Assembly (NCBI GenBank): GCA_030704615.1
Contig: CM060734.1
Coordinates: forward strand, 59,706,001 to 59,770,000
Origin: Takakia lepidozioides
Lineage: Eukaryota; Plantae; Bryophyta
DNA length: 64,000 nucleotides
Direction: 5' to 3'
Shown: positions 1 to 10,750 of the stretch, in pieces
Layout: every line of letters begins with the position of its first letter
Numbering within the stretch: the first letter of the stretch is position 1
The notes under the pieces: generated by a model
Database searches by the model: none
What the model was told of the DNA's origin: nothing
The model's input: only the letters and a program-made list of their open reading frames with translations
Position numbers and translations under genes: made by a program

Positions 1-86
1 CTTACTAGTTGTAGCCTAGTGGTTGGACTAGTGACTGTACTAGTGGTGGACTAGTGATATACTAGTGTGTGGCGTGCACATGTGTT

Positions 87-138
87 GTGTGGTTTTGGAC
101 AGCGATGTAGTTGTGTAGCGATATGTATGTGCACGACA
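87..138 (+). repeat. B-type terminus (…GCACGACA) of an upstream relative of the DNMT-Gypsy element
   Basis: GTGTGGTTTTGGACAGCGATGTAGTTGTGTAGCGATATGTATGTGCACGACA is nearly identical to the 3' part of repeat B (14145-14230, 14581-14666). It is followed by unrelated sequence, not by repeat A. Confidence 0.8.
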
Positions 139-879
139 AACCAAAGGGATGAAAAGAGTGAAACAGAAGAGAGAACGAACAGGCCTCCATTGGAAAAAGG
201 GGATCATCAAGGGTAAAAGACAACAAAGGGAAAGAGGGTTCTTCGAATGGAGTAGGTAGAACGTGAGCACAAACGGCATGAGCACAAACCCACGGTCATG
301 GGGGTTTTATGTTTTTTTAGACGTGGTCATAGGAGTTATATCTTTTCAAAAGAGAATAAAATCCGAAAACCCTAATGCGAAATAGGCACCCATAATGTAT
401 ATCTACAAGCTCAGGTTCCACATATCTACAGCTTTGGTATGCTACAAGCAAACAACGGGTTTCGTTAACGAAATAAATCAAGGTAGCAGGTTTCGCCAGC
501 GAAATAATGGGTTTTGCTTGTGAAATAGTGGGTTTCGCCTCTGCGTAGGTCATTATCCTATGGTTTCGTGGGCAAAACAAAATGTATTGTGTTTGATTTT
601 GCATATAAAAGACGACGTGAGATTGTTTTATTTCGCTAATGAATTAGGGTGATAGGGTGACTAACCCATCTTCGTGTGGCTTTGCGCTCACGTGAGCACA
701 AATTTCACATTTTAGTTTCGCAATCATGTGGATGTCTGGCCCACCTGAAGAAGTTTGTGCTTGCATAGGGCACAATTTGTTGTCTGATGCATGAATTTCC
801 ATTGCAGCTATACATGCCCACAATTTGCCAGCAGAACAAAAAAAGTAGGAGGTTTGTGTAAGGATGTGGTAGGGAAAGA

Positions 880-1060
880 AGAAACTCAGAAGGAGTTTGT
901 TGGAAAAATCCCTAAGCGAGATGTGATCTCTTGGAATGCCATGAATGCAGGATTAGCTTGGCACGGGCAAAGTGAAGAGGCTTTTCGTTACTTCCGAAGT
1001 ATGCAACAAGAACCCAAAAGGTCACCTTCATGAGCATCCTCAATGCATGTGCCAGTCCCG
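880..1060 (+). pseudogene. PLS-class PPR protein fragment, interrupted by the MULE
   Basis: Encodes KIPKRDVISWNAMNAGLAWHGQSEEAFRYFRSMQQE and, in another frame, VTFMSILNACASP. Confidence 0.8.
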
Positions 1061-1078
1061 TGGTTGTGGGTCTCTTCA

Positions 1079-1185
1079 GGGATGCCTAGGCGTGAGCCTG
1101 GTCACGTGAGCGCAACTGCGCTCACGCCACGTCACCTTGCGCAAATGCCACGTCACGGGGCTCAGTCCACGTCATCACACGTGAA
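1079..1185 (+). repeat. MULE left TIR and subterminal GCCACGTCA motifs
   Basis: GATGCCTAGGCGTGAGCCTGGTCACGTGAGCGC aligns with the reverse complement of the right end, GACGCAATGGCGTGAGCGTTGCACGTGAGCGC. Confidence 0.75.
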
Positions 1186-1284
1186 GGCCGAGTCACCACG
1201 CGCCCAGAAAGAAGTGGAGTGTATTCCCGCGGATTGGCACCCTTTACCGCGGAAACAAGCTGGACGACATAATAAAAGGCATTG

Positions 1285-1640
1285 AATAAAGGATGCATGA
1301 ATGTACAGTTGGATGATAAACATATGGATGAGTGTGAAAAATGTATGTAGATGGATGAATGACGGATGGATAAGAGTAAAATGGATGAATGTATAATGGA
1401 TGTTGAGCAATGACAAAAATTCATGACAGGAAGATGCATGACCAAATCTTTTGACGAATGCACAAAGTATATGAAATGAGTGTGGAAGGTTTGTGGGGTG
1501 GATTAAAGAGTACAAAGGATGAATGTACAATGGATGTTGTACAAAGGAAGCTTTCATGAATGGAGCACGCATGAATACAGTGTAGATGAATGTACAATGG
1601 ATATGAGAAGAGTCAAGAAGGTTTGTGAGATGGATTTATA
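1285..1640 (+). repeat. Degenerate GGATGAATG-type short repeats, subterminal in the MULE
   Basis: Recurrent ggatga/gaatg/gtacaatggat units. Confidence 0.6.
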
Positions 1641-1732
1641 CATATAGCAATTTAAACGAAAGTTGATTCTGTGATTATTATTTGTTCTAAATGAACAACT
1701 ACGGTGGAGGAAGGGGATTCAACGTTTTCCAG

Positions 1733-3261
1733 ATAATCAGGGAACGCCGCAGAAGGGAAAGAAGGCGGGCCGCAAACCAAAAGACAAGGCTGTTGATGTC
1801 ATAGCCATCTCACCAGCAAAGCCAAAGGACAAAGACAAGTCCAAAGAGAAGGAAAAGGACAAGGGGAAGGAGAATGAAAAGGAGATGGAGAGTGGGCAGG
1901 ACTTTACTGCTGGAAGATATACCCGCACTCTTCAGTGCGTGTTCGATGCCAAGCCACACCCTTCCCGTTCTGATTCAGCAGGAGAGATGAAAATTGTTAA
2001 TGAGGGTTGGCTTTCGATGATGCAGAGTCGAAAGAGAGGATACACTGGGGTGCCATCCCCTACCTGGGACAATATAATCTCATTCCTCAATCTAGTGAGA
2101 ATTCCAGTTTCTTTCCTTTTTTTTTAAAGTTTCGTTGGCAGTATTTCAGTCTCGTTCTTTGAAAACATTCTTGCCATCGTTCTTATAAAAAACATGTCTG
2201 TTGCAGGTGAGCACAGGTCCCACCTTCGTGTGCGGTGTGCAGAAAACTTATGCGGCCGACATTGTCATTCTCGACATCCCGGATGGCCAGGCTGTGCCAG
2301 AAGTTCTTCCAAAGGGCAAGACGCCAGGCTAGAACAAATTCGAGGACAACTACTGGAGTTGGGTGTTCGGGTTCTGTAACAATTTCCTCTCTGATGCAGG
2401 GACACTTCTGCTTTTTCAGTCATGTGACAATGATAGTCGTCGGGCATTGGCATCATACCTCAAGTCTTCAGGGTTTGAAGTTTTGCGCACATGGAATTGT
2501 GTGAACAGCCTCTACCTTGTGAAAGGGGGTTTCCCTGGTCAGCTGGTATGCCGTCTCCCTTCTGCTTGTGCTTTGATCATGAGTTTCAATTTTCTCTGCA
2601 GCTCCACTCTAGTAGAATGTTTTATGATCGACACCGATCATCAACGATTCATGATTTTTTTGTGTCAGAGTTCTGAATAGCCGATGTACACACTTCCACT
2701 ATAGATTGTGTTTACCACACTAACCTGCTATCTTTGCCAGACGAGGATGTTCGAGGCGATCTGCCTGCGGAGGATTCGCACATCAAAGACACCATCCTCC
2801 ATCCGCAGCTTTGAGATTTCTGACCAGGGTTGTTTCGTCAACCCCCCCTATGAGCCCCATGTCGATGACATTTTGTACAACTTCATGCAGTCCAGTCAGA
2901 CTCTGAAGAGACCAGATGGCATTCCCTGGAGAGGTGCAAAGGAAAAGTCACCAGCATTCATGCAAATACTGCTGGAGTCATGCAGCCACCGCTCTGCACG
3001 GGTGGTCGATCTTTCTGTGTCCACAGGTTCGTTTTTTCCCCTTCGAATTGGTTTCCTTTCAACAGTTTCATCTGCTTAAATCCCCCCCTCCAAACTGTTC
3101 ATGTTCTCCTGTCTGGTGCAGGAGCAACTTACCACGCATGCAAGGCAGGCGGAAGAAGCCTTTTTGGCATAGAGGGTGATTCTGACCTCTACAACACCGT
3201 GCTCCTCCCCCTTTTGTCTGGCTCCACTTCAGGCACACAGACTGATCGGATTCAAATTTGA
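1733..3261 (+). pseudogene. Spliced beta-class N4-cytosine/N6-adenine DNA methyltransferase-like gene (MULE cargo 1), one premature stop
   Basis: GT-AG introns at 2095-2206, 2546-2740 and 3027-3121 join the exons in frame. Motif IV-like ADIVILDIPDG lies at ~2255-2287. The C-terminal EKSPAFMQILLESCSHRSARVVDLSVSTG|ATYHACKAGGRSLFGIEGD resembles the N6_N4_Mtase pattern KPxxL..lI...s..gd.VlDpF.GsGtt..aa...gR.fiGiE.d. TAG at 2330-2332. Start codon not located. Confidence 0.72.
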
Positions 3262-3363
3262 AATGATGACGATCCCGAAGATAAGCAGGTCGACAACGAC
3301 TTTTCATGTGAGTAAGTGCTAAACCCTCTTTGGGAGTCATACTCAATTTCTCGATAACATCAA

Positions 3364-3710
3364 TGTCAAGTTAAATAAGCACAGTGTGAAAACAGCTAGA
3401 ATAAAACTAGTTATTTGTATTTAACACTTGGATTTAGGTCAAGTGTTAAATCAGGTGTCAAGTTTAGTTTGACACCTGGTCCGTCTTATCTTCACGAGAG
3501 AGGCAGTCGCGCGGCTCATCTTTCTCGAGTTGAGCCTGCGCGACCGAGCTCCTGCATCGTTTAGGATTGAGAGTGCTTATGATGGGAGTGTAGGTTGTTG
3601 TGGGGTGGAGTCCCCATAGCTTGGGGTGCCCCTGGCTCGACTACTATTTCAAAGAGTGATGGTTTTGGTTTTCATGCTTTGCATCGTGTGTGTCCTTAGC
3701 TTTCTTATCA
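3364..3710 (+). repeat. Terminal repeat A1 (347 bp, TG…CA)
   Basis: Identical by eye to 14233-14579. Confidence 0.95.
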
Positions 3711-3726
3711 CTCGAGAAAGATGAGC
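3710..3726 (+). promoter_or_regulatory. Self-priming primer-binding site
   Basis: ACTCGAGAAAGATGAGC is the exact reverse complement of 3514-3530 in repeat A. No TGG-led tRNA PBS follows the repeat. Confidence 0.8.
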
Positions 3727-4614
3727 TTGCATCTGTGAGTGCCAGAGGTGAGTTTAGTTTTAGCACTTGTGGTTTTTGTTTTGAAAGAGAGAGAGACGGG
3801 GGCTCTATGTTGGTTAAAACTTGAGCTGCAGGTTTCTCTGGTAGATTCTAGCCTTGCGATTGATCATCAACTTGTCGTTGGTTTTCCTATGCCTGCCCCT
3901 AGTTTGCATGTGATCGAAGGCCTTCCTATGTCGGAGGCACCGGTGGTTCTTTACGCATATATCAAGGGTCTCCACTTCCGAAAGGCAGATGCGCTCTTGT
4001 TGGATAAGTGATCCGGCGGCATTAGTTCGTCAGGTTCACAGTGTCATCGGCGACGAGCTTGCCTTACGCAGGTGTGGGTTAAAAACAGTGCTATCAGGCC
4101 AGTAATCCAGGGAATCAACACACGAAGCTTCTGGACTGTGGCTCTTCTCCTGAGAAGGGGCTGCTGGGGAAGCCAACGTCATAGCTGAGCGCACATTCCA
4201 ACTGGGTGCTTGGGTTGAGCCCTCCAGCAACGATGCTGACGAGGATGTACAGGCTAGAATGGGCAGGGAGCTCCATCGGCTGGTCCTAAGTATAAAGCAA
4301 GAAATTGAAGCTGTTTCTTCTTCCCTGCTCTCTTGTTCGCAAAAGCCTGACCTTCATCGTCCCCTATGCGCAGATGTGATCACAGAGGCTTGGATACTAA
4401 GTATCTGCAGCAGCAATGGATGCCATTAGATTTCCCGTTGCCATGGCCACTGGACGACGAGAGGCCCTTGCAGCAACTACAGAATCAGACAATGATAATT
4501 GTTGGTGACTTTGTCAGCTCCACCAAGCTTGCTAAAGCTCTCCTATGTGCTCTGGCCACCGTTGCTCCTGTGGAGGTCCATCTGCTGGTTCTAGAGTATC
4601 CTCCTGCATGTCCT

Positions 4615-4800
4615 CCGCCCAAATGCCCAGGGTTTATGATATGGTCGTACAATACAGACACTAAGCTGTAAAACCAGAATGCCTCCTGCTTGTGCTGGAT
4701 GAACCGCAGCTGCGACGCAGGCCTTGAGACGCTTTGGTCTGCACTGACAGCCCGCAATCGAAGATCGCTACTGTTTCTCCTTCTGCTCACATGCACGCTC
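4615..4800 (-). pseudogene. VTE3: Captured VTE3/APG1 (MPBQ/MSBQ methyltransferase) N-terminal fragment, inverted
   Basis: RFIQHKQEAFWFYSLVSVLYDHIINPGH matches the VTE3 segment RFIQHKKEAFWFYRFLSIVYDHIINPGH as recalled. Confidence 0.85.
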
Positions 4801-5034
4801 CAGTTCTTGGCTTATAATTGCCCGCTGAGCAACAAGCCTGTCGACGCTAACCTATGTAAGCATGATGATGAGCTCAAACCTGCAGGATATCCCGAGAGCG
4901 AAGCCTTTGTTGGTTGTCCACAACTGTCACCGGCTTCCACTGCCATTGCAACGATGGTGCGGCCATCCTTGCAGCCATTGCCATCGCTGAACAAAACCCA
5001 ATTCAAAAACAGCCTAACTTACTTCAGATTTGCC

Positions 5035-5310
5035 TCGATGATCCTACCTTGGTGGTGGTAGATGTTGGTGGCGGCACGGGATTCGCCACATTGGGGATTG
5101 AAAAAACTGTGGATGCCAAGAATGTGAGCATTCTGGATCAATCTCCTCACCAGCTTGCTAAAGCAAAGGAGAAGGCACCTCTCAAGGAGTGCACGATTAG
5201 TGAAGGGGATGCAGAGGACTTGCCGTTCGCGACCGACTACGCGGATCAATATGTGTCTGCATGAAGCATTGAGTACTGGTCAGATCCACAGCATGGTATC
5301 AGGGAGGCAG
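5035..5310 (+). pseudogene. VTE3: Captured VTE3/APG1 SAM-binding fragment
   Basis: VVDVGGGTGFATLGIEKTVDAKNVSILDQSPHQLAKAKEKAPLKECTISEGDAEDLPFATDYADQYVSA*SIEYWSDPQHGIREA. Confidence 0.9.
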
Positions 5311-5867
5311 TCGAGTTGAAGTGCAGGCTGCCGGTAATCTCCCTCCATGCGAGCTGGAACTTACGGGAAACGACCTGAGAGTCAGCAATGATCAGTATGT
5401 GGGACGGACACCTGAACAAATGCAGCTGAGGGATGACGAAGCGGCAACGCGGTCCATCATGGAGGAGAAGCCGATCGGAGTCCAACAAATCGAGCTGCTC
5501 CGTGGTAATGGCGAGGCGACCCCAAAACAACAGAGAACTACATGAACATGTTCGGAACCTGTAGATAACCTGGGAACAGTTTTTAATGGTGAGAACGTTT
5601 TGGTGTTAAAAAAAAAAAAAAAGCCTTTTTGATCTAATTCGAATGATTTAGAGCCTAATTGGTCATATCTTTGTCATATGGGCTCTGTTTGACTCAGTTT
5701 TTGGGGGGATAGCTGCAGAAAGGGGAAATCTACCTACCTAGACCTGGTTTCTGTTTTTGGGACTCTGCTAAAAATCTATGGAATTTTTAGAGTGTGAGTG
5801 GGCCATAAAAGATCCACAATCCTGTCTCTAGAACCTGTGCTGGTCTATATGAGAGACAAATCTGTGG

Positions 5868-6629
5868 ATGTACTCCTTGCATGGCTGGGGAAATGAGGAC
5901 GTAATTGAAGGGCAGGTCTCTTCTCTTAGCCTGTGCACACAAGGGGACAGGATTTATGTTTCCCAAGGAACTCAGACTGATTTGAGTGGAGAACAGTTGG
6001 ACGAGTTGATTGCATACTGGGAGTCAGGCATTAGCAGTAGACAACAGACTGCTGTAGTTGGCATTGAGGGCCTCAATATTGCCTTGGACAGTCAGAACTC
6101 TGTTGGAGCCAGCAGTTCTGCAGCTGTAGGTGAAATACCAAAGTGGGTGAAAGCTAGGCTTGGAACACAGCCAAAGACAGCCCCGGGGACCAAGGTTTTC
6201 AGTCACAAGGCCGTGGTGTACTGGAGCAGAGGAGCAGGAGCTACACAAGTTTGTGCAATCAGACATGGTTGCAGCCGGATACGCTCTGCACAGGGCAACC
6301 ATGAGCGGGGGTTCATCAGCAATGACATGTTTGTTGTGCGTGAAGGAGATGCAGTCATTCGCAATGAGGACACCCGCAACCGTCTCAAAGCTTTCGAGTT
6401 GAGAGACTATCAGACCCTACCTTTGTTTTCTTTAGTGTTCAGTGAGCGGGAGATAGGGGAGTATTGCTTTGTCTCTACCTGGCAGAAAGAGGAGGAGGGT
6501 TGGTTAGAGCGAGCTACTGTAGCTTGGGACAAGGTTAGTGGCAGGTTTCTGGACATAGATATACCTCCTACACCTTACCATCATGCAGAGCGAGGCACTT
6601 TGAGAGAAGTCTGGCAGTTGATAGCATAG
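5868..6629 (+). CDS. 253-aa accessory ORF of unknown function upstream of gag
   Basis: Uninterrupted ATG-to-stop ORF with globular-looking composition inside the young retroelement; no family recognised. Confidence 0.5.
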   Translation: MYSLHGWGNEDVIEGQVSSLSLCTQGDRIYVSQGTQTDLSGEQLDELIAYWESGISSRQQTAVVGIEGLNIALDSQNSVGASSSAAVGEIPKWVKARLGTQPKTAPGTKVFSHKAVVYWSRGAGATQVCAIRHGCSRIRSAQGNHERGFISNDMFVVREGDAVIRNEDTRNRLKAFELRDYQTLPLFSLVFSEREIGEYCFVSTWQKEEEGWLERATVAWDKVSGRFLDIDIPPTPYHHAERGTLREVWQLIA

Positions 6630-7142
6630 ATCAGGATTAGATCTTGCTTGGTCGGGCTTCTATTCTTCCCCTCCATCTCTGTACTATTTTCATTACCTTG
6701 TACTTGTAGTTGCCAAAGCCTCTCTTGGTGGAGGCCAGTCAGTCCGGGGTTTTGGGCTGGGATATTCTGTAGGATCAGCGTTGCTGCTGGACTTTGGTGT
6801 GGGGGTGTTGATGTTTTGATTTCTTGTGTTTGGATCCCCCCCAACACCTGCATGCTTGACTGTGCGCCATGTTGGTTTTGTGTGGGCGCTTGCTTTCATA
6901 GGGATTAGGCCGGATTTGATCACCGGTCAATCCTAGAGTATGCTGTCGGTGGTGAGGCTGGAGTGATGACCAGCAAGACCACCAGTGTTTCTTCTATGGT
7001 GAGGCTGGGTTGATGACCAGCCAACCATAGGAGTTCTTGCGGTGGATGCAGGTGCAGGTGCCCTGAGCCACTGGGATATGACCCTTTAGACTGCAACAGG
7101 TGCCCACCCGTATCACTATTAGATTAGTACTAGAGCCTTATA

Positions 7143-10100
7143 GTGTCACTGGAGGAGGTGCACATTGTGAGTGTCATTACGGAGTTACCCAAGGGTTTTG
7201 AGGGGAGTACGGCTACAGGCAGTAACAGTGAGAGTGGGTTCACAAGACGAGGTATTCGGTTCAGACCACCTTCACCGCCACCCTCAATTACTGTAGAGTC
7301 AGACACAGGCTCGGAGGCTTCATCAACAGGTGTGCACTTTCATTCGCCATTGTTGTGGGACGACATGGAGGAGATGTATGGAGCTACCAAGGGGCCTCGT
7401 AGGTACTCTGGAGCTGTGGGCACAATCGAGTTGGATGACTTTATCCAGGAGTTCGACAGCTGGTGTGATTTGCAGCAGATGCGCAATCCACATCTATTCA
7501 CCCCATTCATGGCGTGGAAGGGACTGTTCCAGCATTTGGAAGGCCCGCCTATGGACGATTACCACGAGTTCAGGCGAGGACATGAAGCAGAGATTGAGGA
7601 GTGGAGGATGTATTGGTCACCTGACTACATCTCCATTACTCGAGGCATGACGCGACCAGTAGCTGCATCAGTACCAATAGCTCCCACTGCCAGCACTAGT
7701 AGTGGAGCAGGTAGTGCTGGTACTTCTGCAGGTGGTACCAGTTCAGAAGGTGCTACTACTCCTCCTGCCACAGCTACAACACATGTGCCTAGATTCAACC
7801 GGTGGTGGAGTTCTTCCAGGAGTTGCGGAGGAACTACCAAGGTGTACGGACAGAGAAGCTGCGAAGTTTGCAAGACTTCCAGCGCAAACCCAGTGAGAGC
7901 CTGCGAGAGGCGTACACTCGTATGAGGCGCTTGATAAGTGTGACCCAAGGGGTTACTGAAGCTCAGGCAATCCAGTTTTGGTATGGAATTTTGGACAAGG
8001 AGCTCAAGAGAAGGGTGCGAGATGCAACCCTGTTACAAGCAGCCCAACCCACATTAGCAGATGTGTTTCTGCTGGCTGAGCGGATTGAGCTCAACATGGT
8101 GGAGGAGCGAGTTGTTACAATTGGATTTGGTAAGGACATGCCTGTACGGGGCACAGCTGTCAGCCCACAAGCACAAGGGACTGCCCAACAGCGTGGTCAG
8201 GGGGGCAAGGTTGCCCAGCCCAAGTTCCATGGAGCTTACAGGGGACCTCAGGTGCAGAGGCCCGTGGCATCTTTTGCGGGCCAACAGCAACCAGGGGTGA
8301 TATGTTGGACATGTGGAGGACCCCATGTCAAGAGAGATTGCCCAGAGAGTGGCAGAAGGCCGGCACAAGCACAGCCTGCACAGTTGCAGTGTGGGCATTG
8401 TGGCAAGTATGGGCATGTAGATGCCCAGTGTTATGACTTGCATCCTGAGTTGCGCCCAGGCCAGTTCCAAGGGAACAATGGTGGCCGGGGGCGAGGTGGA
8501 CCAGCCCAAAGAGGACGAGGTGGTCGGGCACGAGGTGCAGGCCAAGGGCAAGCTCCACATGGCCAAGGACGCGGAGGTCAAGGTGTTGACCAAGGCATGG
8601 CCAATCGGAAGACTGCCACGGCAGCGCCCTGGCAAGCTGCAGCTGCCAGATTGACGGAGCTGCCAGCTAGGCCAGCCTTTGAGCGCGCCATGGTGACACC
8701 TGGAGTTGTCTTGTTAGACAACCAGGGAGGCATTTTCACTTTGAGTGGACCGGCAGGCAAGAAGTACCGGCCACTGCGGGTCTTGTTGGACTCAGGAGCT
8801 CAGCCACTGATGTTGGGCAGAGCTGCTATTGCAGGTTTGGGCCTCATGGAGGCGGATATGGAGCCTTGTCCTTTCCAGATACAGACATCTCTGGGAGGAT
8901 CAGAGCAGGCTCGCGGCATGACACGGCATCAGTTGGCTATTAGACTGCAGCCGGATCATCCTGTAGATGGCTCAGTGATGCGAGCCAAGGCCATTGTGAC
9001 AGACGCGGTCTCTTACGATGTCCTTGTTGGTGGGGCAGTGTTATACCCCATGGGCTTCACCCTGGATTTCTGGGAGGAGTCAGCATCCTACAGGCCTGGA
9101 TGGCAGTCAGGGGATGGTCGCCGTGCACAGCTCCCTGTGACATTCATTGGGGGTATTGCAGCTGCTCAGCGGGGCAAGATGCCAACACTAGCCGCCTTCA
9201 CAGCTGCAGTCAGCTGGCCTGGAGAGTTGCTGGAAGGCAATGCCCATGCAGAGGATGTGCCACCTCCAGCAGAGCAGGATGACATGCATGGTACGGCGGA
9301 GTTGCCTGCCATGGTTGCTCACACTCCGTTGTGGGGTACGAGCAAGGATTTGCAGCACGCTGCTGATGGACGGGTGCAACAAGCTTGGGTAGAAGCTTTT
9401 GTACCGTCAGGAGAGGAGGAGAGTGCGGTGATTGTACCAGGGCCACCTCAGTTGTCGCCATTGGACACCACACCTCTTGTGTGGCAGCGACCGGATGAAG
9501 GCATATGCCTTCTGGACTTATTTGGCGGGATCAGCACTGGATTGGCTGCAGTGCTGCAGGCAGGTGTACGAGTACGACGTTACCTGTATGTGGAGAGGGA
9601 TGAGACTGCACGACGCGTCTCACTGCGCCATGTTGCTCAGATGGTGCAGCAGCACCCTGAGTTGTTGCCGGTGTCTGCAGTTCGTGGATATCAGCAGGCC
9701 TTGCCAGCAGACATTGCGTTGCTGGGGGCGCAGGATTTGGAGCGGGTTGGCTCCATTGATCTGGTAGTGGCAGGTTGGCCCTGCCAAGGGCATTCATCAG
9801 CCGGGCATGGCAATGGATTGCGAGACTCGAGGACGGGTCTGTTTTGGGAGATGGTGCGGATTTTGCGCCACTTGCAGCTTCATCAGGCTGTATCTCCGGC
9901 ATACATCTTGGAGAATGTGCCACTGATGGGTGATTCTCGGGCCAGGGTGATGGCCAGTGTGCGTCAAGTCCGGTCGTGGCTTGGGTCAGCAGTATTGCTG
10001 GATGCAGCTGCAGTGGGGTCACGGGCTCATCGTCCACGACTATGGTGGACTAACTTGATGCCACCCGCACTGCTCAAGCGTGCATTTGATGGGGTGCAGC

Positions 10101-10750
10101 GGCTAGCACACCTCACCGTGGATGGCATTTTGGACACAGGAAGGCAGTCTCAACGTGTGAGACACGATGACCGTTCGCCTTTGGCAGTGGTCAACAGGGT
10201 GGGTCAACCACGAGCAGCATTACCTACACTGCTCAGCTTCCCAGGATCCCATGCTTTTCGGGATGGTGGACCTGGCCTCCTGTGGGATGCTCAATTGCAC
10301 CAGTTAGTGGAGCCTAATGCCGACGAGCGAGAGCGGGCTATGGGGTTTTCCACTGGGACCACGGCGGTGCCTTCCCTTTCTGAGGCATCACGTCGTCAGG
10401 TGTTGGGGCAAGCAATGGATCTCAATTGCTTGACCTGGATTGTCAGCTTGGCTATGGCTGAGCAACGTAGAGTGCGGAGTGCACTTCCCTTGATGGTCTC
10501 TCTGCCTACCGAGACGGTACAGGCAGCGAGTGGGGGCGAGCCGGTGAGGACCACGAGGTGTAGACATCCATGGCACATGTGGGAGGTGCTCGAGGTTCAG
10601 AGGGAGTTGGCAGCGAAGGCAGCTGTGATGTATGAGGTTGGGGATTCTTCTCGGGATGAGGAGGTTCTCAATGATGAGATGATGGGGCAGGATGAGGCCT
10701 TGTCATTGATTGAGCAGGAAGGGGGTACTGCTCAAGAGGTTGCAGCATAG
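7143..10750 (+). CDS. Gag (two CCHC-type knuckles), aspartic protease and DNMT3-like C5-cytosine methyltransferase polyprotein; 1-bp frameshift near 7800
   Basis: CWTCGGPHVKRDC and CGHCGKYGHVDAQC; LLDSGA at ~8789. MTase at ~9500-10450 with motifs LDLFGGI (I), AGWPCQG (IV), YILENV (VI), AHRPRLWWTNL (VIII), ERERAMGF (IX) and RRQVLGQAMD (X). Confidence 0.92.

Noticed and set aside
1043-1572. Short ORFs over repeats here, and antisense ORFs overlapping TE genes throughout the window
   Set aside because: Low-complexity or shadow frames with no domain evidence.
3360-3363. A functional link between the DNMT-Gypsy and the MTase-bearing MULE it sits in
   Set aside because: A single nesting event, with a much younger retroelement inside a decayed MULE; coincidence cannot be excluded.
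4914-5264. A functional third methyltransferase (VTE3) as part of the system
   Set aside because: It is fragmentary, scrambled and contains a stop, and VTE3 acts on quinols rather than DNA.
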